A stretch of DNA of 64,000 nt from Bdellovibrionota bacterium (GTDB lineage Bacteria; Bdellovibrionota_C; UBA2361; JAAYZI01): contig JBMNIF010000003.1 of the NCBI GenBank assembly GCA_050950765.1, positions 128,001 through 192,000 of the forward strand, given 5' to 3'. The notes beneath the pieces are model-generated. The model had not been told where the DNA came from. It ran no database searches and saw only the letters and a list, made by a program, of their open reading frames with translations. Both the position numbers and the translations under genes were made by a program. This document shows, piece by piece, positions 55,924 to 64,000 of this stretch; the first letter of the stretch is position 1, and each line of letters begins with the position of its first letter.

Positions 55924-57384
55924 CTAAGCACCGTCATTAGCGACGGATTGCTCTCTTTTGCCGATTTTATCTTTAAAAACATCAAAGGTTTTTAACACCT
56001 CTAAAGCTTTCGCCACCTGAGAATCTTGCGCTAACCACGCCTTTAGATCTCCCTTCTCAGGATCTATCTTAATAACACCTTTATTCGGTTGCGGCGTCTT
56101 GTTAATCTTGCGCAACACTCCGGCATCATCAACGCCATCAGGATTTTTTATAGCACCATCCAACTCGCTCTCCCTAAGGAAGACCGGCACATCCTCTTCC
56201 TCCTCTTCCTGCAACTCGCCCCTCGCTTTTCGCTTAGTGCGCTCAATATCAAACTCAATATCAGGGGCAACACCCGTCGCCTGAATAGAACGCCCACTTT
56301 TTGTATAATATAAAGCTGTGGTTAAGGTCAGCGCCCCGCCATTTTCAAGGGGTGTAATAGTTTGCACAGACCCTTTCCCAAAAGTACGGGTTCCTAAAAT
56401 AAGCCCCCTACCATCATCCTGAATAGCACCTGCTAAAATTTCAGAGGCGGAAGCAGAGCCACCATTTATCAGAACAACCAAGGGATAATCAGCCTCTGTG
56501 CCCCTTTCATGCGCAAAAAACTTCTTTTTCTGTCCTGAGACACGACCATCAGTATAAACAATTATCCCTTTTTTCAAGAACATATCAGAAACAGCCACCG
56601 CCTGATTCAAGAGCCCACCAGGATTGTTTCTCACATCTAAGATCAAACCTTTAAGCTCCTTTGAACCGTTCTGTTTTCGCATGGCATTAAGAGCTTTTTT
56701 CAGATCGTGTGCGGTATTATCCATAAATTGCGTAATGCGCACATAGCCGTAACCTTCCCCCAAGAAACGGCTTTTAATACTCTGCACCTTAATCTCTTCA
56801 CGAACGACAACGACATTAATCAGTTTTTTTCTGCCTTTTCTAGCTAAAGACAACTTAACTTCAGTGCCTTTCGGACCTCGCAACTTCTTAACAGCTTCTA
56901 CTAAAGAGAACTCTTTTGTGTATTTATCACCGATCTTAATAATAGCATCGCCAGCCATAATACCAGCTTTTTCAGCCGGAGAACCACTCATAGGCGACAT
57001 CACCACCAACACGCCATCATTATTCATAGTGATCTCTATTCCGAGACCACCAAAGTGTCCCTTAGTTTGCACCTGCAGATCTTGATAGAAATCCGGATCG
57101 AGATAACCGCTATGCGGATCCAGAGCAGCCAACATACCACGAATTGCGCCCTCTACTAACTTTTTACTCTTTACATCCTCAACGTAATCTCTCTGCACAA
57201 TCGTCAAGACATCAGTAAAAACTTTTAACTCTTTTAAGAGCTCTTCACTTAAGGGACCTTCATTGCCATCATTAGCAAAAGCATCTGCACCCTTATACGT
57301 GCAGATAGAGACTGCAAGAAGAGAGAGGAGTACCGAATAAAATAAGATACGTGAGAATTTTAAAAAATGACTGGGCATCGACAA
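55924..57384 (-). CDS. ctpA: Carboxy-terminal processing protease (S41, PDZ)
   Basis: LDPHSGYL, FGGLGIEI, LDVRNNPGGLL, SASASEI, TFGKGSVQ. Confidence 0.93.
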   Translation of the reverse strand: MSMPSHFLKFSRILFYSVLLSLLAVSICTYKGADAFANDGNEGPLSEELLKELKVFTDVLTIVQRDYVEDVKSKKLVEGAIRGMLAALDPHSGYLDPDFYQDLQVQTKGHFGGLGIEITMNNDGVLVVMSPMSGSPAEKAGIMAGDAIIKIGDKYTKEFSLVEAVKKLRGPKGTEVKLSLARKGRKKLINVVVVREEIKVQSIKSRFLGEGYGYVRITQFMDNTAHDLKKALNAMRKQNGSKELKGLILDVRNNPGGLLNQAVAVSDMFLKKGIIVYTDGRVSGQKKKFFAHERGTEADYPLVVLINGGSASASEILAGAIQDDGRGLILGTRTFGKGSVQTITPLENGGALTLTTALYYTKSGRSIQATGVAPDIEFDIERTKRKARGELQEEEEEDVPVFLRESELDGAIKNPDGVDDAGVLRKINKTPQPNKGVIKIDPEKGDLKAWLAQDSQVAKALEVLKTFDVFKDKIGKREQSVANDGA

Positions 57385-57469
57385 AACCTCTTAAAGGAGA
57401 AAACTGCACTAGTACGATAACAAGAAGTGTGCCAAAGGTTCAAGATAACAACTGGATATATAGTATTTT

Positions 57470-58636
57470 TTAAAGGCTATCATAAAAGATCTGTGGGTTA
57501 AGCGGCTTCCCCTCTTTTCTAATCTCAAAATAAAGCGTTTCAACAGAAGGTGGGGCTTTAGCTATCTCTATTCCAGCGCTTAAAACAGCACCAACAGGCA
57601 CCGCTACCTCACCTAACCTGCCGTATAAACTATAAAAACGCCTACCATGATCAACTATTACAATCTTCCCATAACCAGGCATCTCACCTTTGTAGATAAC
57701 TTTCCCAGCAGCGACCACAAACACCCCCTCCCCCTTAGCAGTAGAAAACTCCACCCCCTTTTGACCGACTAGCCCCTTAAATCCGGCAGCCTTTTGCCCA
57801 AACTTTTTTACAAGGTGTCCCGCCGTAGGGCGTAATAATTTACCTTTCTCCAAACCCTCACCTTCAAACTTCTCTGTCACTGCCTGACCATGCGCTGAAA
57901 GGATATCCTTTTTATGAACAAGAGGAGTTTTCTCAATATCATCTGTTAAAGATCTAACAACTGTCTCCAACCTAAGCGCCTCTGCTCTCAATGCTACTAA
58001 AGCCTTCTCCTTACGAACCTCTTCAACTTTTAATTTTTGTTGTAAGTCCTGCTCCTCCCTGATCTTTGCAGCGATAGCACGCTCTTCCCGCTTTAAGCTC
58101 TCTCTTAAAGCATCTCGATCTACCAATAAACGTTTCTTTTCCTGCACAGCCTTAGTTCTTGCTTGGTGCAATATCATTAAATCTTCTAATAATTTTTTGT
58201 CGTATTCTTCAAACTTAGAAAGGAAAAAAGCATCTCGTAAAAACTCACTAGAATTGGAAAGTAGCGCCAGCTTCGCTGTATAAAGATCGTGTCTTTTAAG
58301 GTACAACGCTCTAAAACGGTTTAATGATTGCTGTTTAATATCCGTTTGCTTTTGCTGAATCCCTTGAATCTCATCTTGAACTTTTACGATATTTTCTTTG
58401 ACGGTTTTTAATTCATTATTTAAATGTTGCGAGCGATGTGTAAGATCTTTTAACTGTTTTCTCTTGTTAGAGATACCAACTTCTAAATCTTTCTGCTTAA
58501 GCGCTATCTCCTTTAAATCTGCTTCATTTTTATTAACGGCGTTTTTTATCTTTGATAGATTAGACTCATCCTCTGCCAGCCCCATAACAGGCGCTAGCAA
58601 TAAAAAAAGAGTTATCAGAACACTTCTCTTAGGCAT
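57470..58636 (-). CDS. envC: Murein hydrolase activator EnvC (coiled coil plus degenerate M23 domain)
   Basis: Signal peptide, long coiled coil, GYGKIVIVDHG, LYFEIRK; follows ftsX. Confidence 0.85.
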   Translation of the reverse strand: MPKRSVLITLFLLLAPVMGLAEDESNLSKIKNAVNKNEADLKEIALKQKDLEVGISNKRKQLKDLTHRSQHLNNELKTVKENIVKVQDEIQGIQQKQTDIKQQSLNRFRALYLKRHDLYTAKLALLSNSSEFLRDAFFLSKFEEYDKKLLEDLMILHQARTKAVQEKKRLLVDRDALRESLKREERAIAAKIREEQDLQQKLKVEEVRKEKALVALRAEALRLETVVRSLTDDIEKTPLVHKKDILSAHGQAVTEKFEGEGLEKGKLLRPTAGHLVKKFGQKAAGFKGLVGQKGVEFSTAKGEGVFVVAAGKVIYKGEMPGYGKIVIVDHGRRFYSLYGRLGEVAVPVGAVLSAGIEIAKAPPSVETLYFEIRKEGKPLNPQIFYDSL

Positions 58637-58704
58637 TTTTTCTAATTAGCAGACATGATTAAGTAAAACCTCTAAAGTTCCTATCTCGAAATTTCTAAAA
58701 AATA

Positions 58705-59676
58705 TCATCTTTCTGATAACCTCCAAACAGCAGTTGCGCTACTAAGCACTCCGACTAAAACAGCTACAAAAACTAATACCACCATCTGATAAAAGGAGAG
58801 AAAGTGCACGTTGGAGAAAAATAGCTGCCAAAGAGGCACCTCCCCCATAATGCGTATTAAGAAATTCCAAGAGAAATAAAGTACAACGAGACTTGCGGAG
58901 CCCCCTAAAAGTCCATATAGACCACCTTCAATAATACAGGGAGCTTTTACAAATAAGGTATCCGCACCAACCAAACGCATAATCACTATCTCATCACTTC
59001 TATTAACCAATGTCAGTCGTACTGTATTCGCTATAATGACAGCAGTAATAAGTAGTAAAGCGACAATTGAAAATATTCCGCTTTTTTTAAAAAAGCGTAA
59101 GATCTGAGCAAAACGAGTGACAAACTCCTTATCATACTGCACATACTCTATCGCTTTATTATCAGTATAGTGCTCAAAGATCTCCGCAACAACCTCTTCA
59201 TTATCTTGATCCAATGTTACTAATAATGAGATCGGCAACGGATTTTCCTCTTCTAAATTCTCAAAGAGATCTACATATTTTTCAAGCGATTCTTTAAACT
59301 CATTCAATGCTGCTTTTTTATCTATCTCCTTAACTGCCACTACCCCTTTTCTCTCTTTTAATTCCTGTGCTATTTGCTGCCTTTCACCCTCAGCAACCCC
59401 TTCTTTAAAATATAACCTGCAAGAGAGATCCTCTTTTGAAGACTGCATCACATCTCCCACATTATCCATCAGCAGCAGCACTCCTCCTAAAACAATCATG
59501 GCTGCCGTTACCGTTAAGATACAAGATAAAGATGTTATGGGAGAGATAACCAAGCTGCGTAACGCCTGAAAAAAGAGGTACAGCACCGCTTCCGATCTTT
59601 TAATTACAGTTAAAGAACCTAAGTTAGTCCAGACTGTGGCAAGTTTTTTTTCTCCTTTGTTATTTTGCATATCCAA
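58705..59676 (-). CDS. ftsX: Cell division permease FtsX
   Basis: ENPLP, IANTVRL, EIVIMRLVGA, PCIIEG; after ftsE. Confidence 0.9.
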   Translation of the reverse strand: MDMQNNKGEKKLATVWTNLGSLTVIKRSEAVLYLFFQALRSLVISPITSLSCILTVTAAMIVLGGVLLLMDNVGDVMQSSKEDLSCRLYFKEGVAEGERQQIAQELKERKGVVAVKEIDKKAALNEFKESLEKYVDLFENLEEENPLPISLLVTLDQDNEEVVAEIFEHYTDNKAIEYVQYDKEFVTRFAQILRFFKKSGIFSIVALLLITAVIIANTVRLTLVNRSDEIVIMRLVGADTLFVKAPCIIEGGLYGLLGGSASLVVLYFSWNFLIRIMGEVPLWQLFFSNVHFLSFYQMVVLVFVAVLVGVLSSATAVWRLSER

Positions 59677-59792
59677 CCGTACTTAATTAGTTCCTCTGAT
59701 TTTTTAAAATCACTTCTTAATTATCTTTCCCCCGAAGTTGCAAGGAGTGTTTATTTAATCAGTTAAAAAAGCATCTTCATCTACAACCATTA

Positions 59793-60473
59793 TCAATCTA
59801 AAGGTAGTGGTCTCTTAAAATCTCCAATTATCTTCCCTCGATCTAAGACAACAGTTCGTAAACGTAGCTCTTCAATAACAGAAAGATTGTGAGTTGCCAC
59901 CACAATCGTCACACCATCAGCATTAGCCTCCAGCAGAAGATCAAAAACCGCTTGTGTCATGTCCGGATCTAAGTTGCCAGTCGGCTCATCTGCCAATAAA
60001 AGCTTAGGTCTATGAATTAAGGCTCTGGCTAAAGAGACTCGCTGCTGCTCACCACCGGAAAGGGTTAGCGGCATTCGATCCGCTTTATCAGACAATCCAA
60101 CAGCATCAAGCATAGACTGCGCCACCTTTTTTCGTTCAGAAGCGCGCACACCTTTTACCTCCAAGCCAAAGGCAACGTTTTCCCAAACGGTTCGCCGTTG
60201 TAAAAGTTTATAATCTTGAAAGACAACCCCTATATCTTTCCGTAAATCAGCGATACCTTGACTATCCATCTCTGAAAGATTTCTACCCGCCACCACAACT
60301 TGTCCAGATGTAGCACGTTCTGCACCAAATAAAAGCTTAAAGAGAGTGGTCTTACCAGCACCACTGGCTCCAGCAACAAAGACAAAACTGCCTTGAGATA
60401 TTTTTAAATCAATCCCTTTTAAAGCCATCTGGTCAGGTGGATATAATTTTTGTACATTATGAAGGGTTATCAT
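59793..60473 (-). CDS. ftsE: Cell division ATP-binding protein FtsE
   Basis: GASGAGKTT, IGVVFQDYKLL, LSGGEQQR, LADEPTGNLDP. Confidence 0.93.
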   Translation of the reverse strand: MITLHNVQKLYPPDQMALKGIDLKISQGSFVFVAGASGAGKTTLFKLLFGAERATSGQVVVAGRNLSEMDSQGIADLRKDIGVVFQDYKLLQRRTVWENVAFGLEVKGVRASERKKVAQSMLDAVGLSDKADRMPLTLSGGEQQRVSLARALIHRPKLLLADEPTGNLDPDMTQAVFDLLLEANADGVTIVVATHNLSVIEELRLRTVVLDRGKIIGDFKRPLPLD

Positions 60474-60534
60474 GACTTATGTTCCCCGACTCTTTTTGAA
60501 ACATTTTTAAACATTTTTTTTGCATTTAAAGATC

Positions 60535-61044
60535 ATGAATAAATCATTAAAATACATCCTACACATTTCATGTCTGTTTACTATAATTACAGGCTGTACC
60601 GTTTTCAGCAATAACACAACAACACCTTTAACTGAAGAAAAGCCTCTTCAGATCGCAGACCTCTCTTTAGAGAACGTCCCTGATCTATCCAACGTTTATC
60701 GTATTCATGGCATAAAACTAGATGAAGATCTCTTTTTTACAAAGTTGCCTAATTGCCGAGAAAACGGAACTTCCATAAGTTCCCTAATCACTCAAATTTT
60801 TAGAGGCTTTACACCTCCAAAAATTATCACGCAAAAAGTTTTTACTATAAGCGAGACCGAACTCCAGCTATCTCAGATAAAGACTGAGTACGCTTCAACT
60901 CCCCTCTTCATCGCTTTATACTCAACAACTTCTCTAGAATGCACTAAAGATTTCATCTTCTGGAGCTCATCAGATCTAAATCAATTACAAGAGACCGATC
61001 TTAATAAATTAACTCGCCTTATCGCAGCACTTCTTGAAAGGTAG
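60535..61044 (+). CDS. Hypothetical lipoprotein
   Basis: Lipobox ITGC after a hydrophobic stretch. Confidence 0.6.
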   Translation: MNKSLKYILHISCLFTIITGCTVFSNNTTTPLTEEKPLQIADLSLENVPDLSNVYRIHGIKLDEDLFFTKLPNCRENGTSISSLITQIFRGFTPPKIITQKVFTISETELQLSQIKTEYASTPLFIALYSTTSLECTKDFIFWSSSDLNQLQETDLNKLTRLIAALLER

Positions 61045-61052
61045 GGTGTCTT

Positions 61053-64000
61053 TTAGGAGAGTCGAATAAACTTTAAGAGATCTGAAAGCTCAACCCCTTT
61101 CCGCGTGGCGTAGTCTTGTAACTGATCTTCTGCGAGACGACCCACTGAAAAATACCTCGCTTCCGGATTCGCTAAATATAAACCGCAAACGGAGGCAGCG
61201 GGGTACATAGCAAAGTTTTCAGTGAGTGTAATCCCTGTGGCTTCTGTAACACCTAAAAGATCGAAAAGAACCTTTTTTCCAGAATGATCTGGCAAAATAG
61301 GATATCCGATAGCGGGACGAATCCCTTGAGCACCTAAAAGATCGAAAAGAACCTTTTTTCCAGAGTGATCTGGCAAAATAGGATATCCGATAGCAGGACA
61401 AATCCCTTGAGCACCTAAAAGATCGAGAGAAACCTTTTTCCCAGAGTGATCTGGCAAAATAGGATATTCGATGGCAGGACGAATCCCTTGAACACCTAAA
61501 AGATCGAGAGAAACCTTTTTTCCAGAGTGATCTGGCAAAATAGGATATCCGATGGCAGGACAAATCCCTTGAGCACCTTCGCAACATCCACAAGTAACAT
61601 TTTTTTTCGAGGTAGTCGCTTCATATCCCCACAATTTCTGTCTAATTTCACGATGTAAAGTTTCAGAAAAAGCTTCTACCAATCTATCTGCTAACGCTTT
61701 AATCATTATCAAACGGTAATCATCATTTCTTTTTTCAGCAGCAGCGATTAATCTTTCAATCCCCTTCCCAGCAGTTAGTGCAAAAAGCCCGAGATAATCT
61801 TTTAATCCGGAATCTTTCGGTGCAATAAAATCAGAGAGTGCCAAACACGGCTCGTCCTGCACTGCACAGAGCTGTCGTCTCATGGTATGAATAGTAGCTA
61901 TAACAGTACTTCTATCTTCATCAGAATAGATTTCAATATCATCAGAGAGGGCATTAGCAGGAAAGATCCCAACTACACCAGAAGCTTCAAGTAGCTTTTT
62001 TTCAACTATCTCATGCAAGACATTTTCAGCATCAGTAAAAAGTTTTTTTGCAGGATCTCCATAAAGAGGAGAACGTAAGATTTCAGGATACCTTCCTTTT
62101 AATCCCCATGCACTAAAAAAGCCCGTCCAATCAATAGCAGCGAGGAGCTCTGAGAGAGGAAAATTCTGATATTTTTTTATTCCTAAAAACTTAGGAGTTT
62201 CAGGGAGAGTTTTTGCAAAATTACACCGATACCGTTTCGCCCTCGCCTCTTCTAATGAGAGTGTTTGGATCATTTTATCGGCATATTCAGATCTGATCAT
62301 CTCTTGCTTTCTTTCTAGATCCGCCAAGAAAGCTCCCCTTGTTGTATCTTTTGTGATCTTTTTTAGAACAGGCACCATGCGTGAAGCGTCAGGAACGTAC
62401 ACCACTCCGTGTTTATAAGCAGGCGCAATCTTTAAAGCGGTATGAGTTTCAGATGTAGTGGCTCCACCGATAATAAGTGGCATAGTCAAACCAGATCTCT
62501 CCATCTCACTTGCTACATGAACCATCTCATCTAAAGACGGCGTAATTAATCCACTCAATCCGACAGCTACCACACCATCCTGTTTTGCCGCAGCAATAAT
62601 CTCTTCACACGGCACCATCACTCCGAGATCTATTATTTCAAAGCCGTTACAGGCTAATACCACAGAAACTATATTTTTCCCGATGTCATGCACGTCTCCC
62701 TTAACGGTAGCTATCACAAATTTACCAACAGACTTTGCCAGATCGGGATTGTTTTTCTTCTCTTCTTCAATCACGGGCATCAAACAAGCAACTGCTTTTT
62801 TCATTACTCGCGCACTTTTTACAACTTGAGGGAGAAACATTTTGCCAGCACCGAAGAGATCTCCGACTCGATTCATTCCCGCCATTAACGGACCTTCAAT
62901 TATAGCAAGAGAGGTTTTATAACTCTCTAACGCCTCTTTGATATCCTCAGCGATAAAATCATCTACCCCCTTAACCATAGAATACGCCAAACGCTCGGAG
63001 ATATCAGATCCTCTCCAAGCATCATCTCTGTTTTGGTGTTTAGATTGGATCTGCACTCCAGCTTCTTTTAATTCTGCTGCGAGGGTTAGTAATCTGTCGG
63101 TAGCATCAGAGCGTCTATTTAAAATTACATCTTCTACGGCGCTCCTAAGGTTAAGTGGAATCTCTTCATAGACTAAAAGTTGTTCTGGATTAACAATCGC
63201 CATATCCAGTCCAGCGGAAATGGCATGATATAAGAAAACAGTGTGCATCGCTTCTCTAACGATATTATTGCCTCGAAAAGCAAATGATACATTACTGACA
63301 CCTGCGCTTACTTTTGCTGCCGGTAAGTGTTGTTTAATCCAACGTACACTTTCAATAAAAGCCACTCCGTATGTATTGTGTGCTTCAATCCCTGTTGCCA
63401 CTGTCAGCACATTGGGATCAAAGATAATATCTGCCGGATTAAAACCGTGTTGACAAAGTAAGTGATAAGATCTTTCACATACAGCGATCTTCTTTTCAAA
63501 AGTGTCTGCCTGACCCTGTTCATCAAAGGCCATTACCACCACAGCTGCACCACACGAAGCGATCTCCTCTGCTTGTTCTAAGAACTCGCTCTCACCGTGC
63601 TTCAGACTTATTGAATTTACGATGCACTTTCCTTGCACACACCGCAACGCAGCCGAAATGATCTCCCACTTTGAAGAATCTATCATTAACGGCACACGTG
63701 CGATATCAGGCTCCCCCGCTAAGAGATTAAGAAAGGTCGTCATGGCGGACTTGCCATCAATTAACCCGTCATCCATATTAATATCTATAATCTGAGCACC
63801 TGCCTGCACTTGAGCACGCGCCACTACCAAAGCAGAACTAAAATCTTCATCTTTTATTAGGCGTAAGAATTTTTTTGAACCAGCAACGTTTGTACGCTCC
63901 CCGATATTAATAAAACTTGCGCCTCCCTCTGTTTCAGCTCCAACCGTTAGCGCTTCTAAACCACTAAGCGTTAAATACTTTGATCTTTTTAAGTTTTGTC
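61053..64000 (-). CDS. metH: Cobalamin-dependent methionine synthase (5' part outside the window)
   Basis: [11 protein letters not shown] upstream of the called start, [45 protein letters not shown]. Confidence 0.95.
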   Translation of the reverse strand, partial: QNLKRSKYLTLSGLEALTVGAETEGGASFINIGERTNVAGSKKFLRLIKDEDFSSALVVARAQVQAGAQIIDINMDDGLIDGKSAMTTFLNLLAGEPDIARVPLMIDSSKWEIISAALRCVQGKCIVNSISLKHGESEFLEQAEEIASCGAAVVVMAFDEQGQADTFEKKIAVCERSYHLLCQHGFNPADIIFDPNVLTVATGIEAHNTYGVAFIESVRWIKQHLPAAKVSAGVSNVSFAFRGNNIVREAMHTVFLYHAISAGLDMAIVNPEQLLVYEEIPLNLRSAVEDVILNRRSDATDRLLTLAAELKEAGVQIQSKHQNRDDAWRGSDISERLAYSMVKGVDDFIAEDIKEALESYKTSLAIIEGPLMAGMNRVGDLFGAGKMFLPQVVKSARVMKKAVACLMPVIEEEKKNNPDLAKSVGKFVIATVKGDVHDIGKNIVSVVLACNGFEIIDLGVMVPCEEIIAAAKQDGVVAVGLSGLITPSLDEMVHVASEMERSGLTMPLIIGGATTSETHTALKIAPAYKHGVVYVPDASRMVPVLKKITKDTTRGAFLADLERKQEMIRSEYADKMIQTLSLEEARAKRYRCNFAKTLPETPKFLGIKKYQNFPLSELLAAIDWTGFFSAWGLKGRYPEILRSPLYGDPAKKLFTDAENVLHEIVEKKLLEASGVVGIFPANALSDDIEIYSDEDRSTVIATIHTMRRQLCAVQDEPCLALSDFIAPKDSGLKDYLGLFALTAGKGIERLIAAAEKRNDDYRLIMIKALADRLVEAFSETLHREIRQKLWGYEATTSKKNVTCGCCEGAQGICPAIGYPILPDHSGKKVSLDLLGVQGIRPAIEYPILPDHSGKKVSLDLLGAQGICPAIGYPILPDHSGKKVLFDLLGAQGIRPAIGYPILPDHSGKKVLFDLLGVTEATGITLTENFAMYPAASVCGLYLANPEARYFSVGRLAEDQLQDYATRKGVELSDLLKFIRLS
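61250..61577 (-). repeat. In-frame 81-bp (27-aa) tandem repeat x4 inside metH
   Basis: CACCT anchor at 61250, 61331, 61412, 61493 and 61574; G(A/V)QGI(C/R)PAI(G/E)[12 protein letters not shown](S/L)(L/F)DLL x4. Confidence 0.97.

Noticed and set aside
57470..58636. Missing zinc ligands in the M23 domain as a novelty
   Set aside because: Normal for EnvC
59700..59845. Fourth 3'-end copy, downstream of ftsE (TTAAAATC...AATTATCTT.CC.CG)
   Set aside because: Similarity is short, gapped and AT-rich; could be chance
2830..63453. Numerous short antisense or alternate-frame ORFs in the track (e.g. 2830-3162, 12364-12651, 45021-45488, 61219-61593)
   Set aside because: Shadows of well-supported genes, with no motifs or RBS

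Overview
AT-rich bacterial chromosome segment, mostly housekeeping and envelope genes: minC (partial), pgpA, pyrF, an RNase II family gene, an ADP-forming acyl-CoA ligase, alpha-2-macroglobulin, a lone flagellin, iorA-iorB-paaK-ACT, purU, a UDP-HexNAc dehydrogenase/epimerase pair, lpxL, tRNA-Glu, a TadE/TadE/TadG cassette, a polyprenyl synthase, sufE, ftsE-ftsX-envC-ctpA and metH (partial). It holds a 13.4-kb aryl-polyene (APE)-type type II PKS/FAS cluster split into two arms that overlap head-to-head. An IS1634-like element cleanly interrupts a 359-codon orphan gene. The most unusual signals are repeats. (1) Five tandem arrays have periods of 72-81 bp, one of them in frame inside metH, and one has a dispersed relative beside the tRNA. 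(2) Three genes have their 3' ends re-copied just downstream, with differences mostly at synonymous positions. Also seen: four apparent +1 frameshifts in homopolymer runs (phase variation, decay or sequencing error) and two probable pseudo-enzymes (a site-2 protease and a hybrid histidine kinase). No CRISPR array, cas gene or reverse transcriptase is visible. All family calls come from motif recognition by eye; no searches were run.
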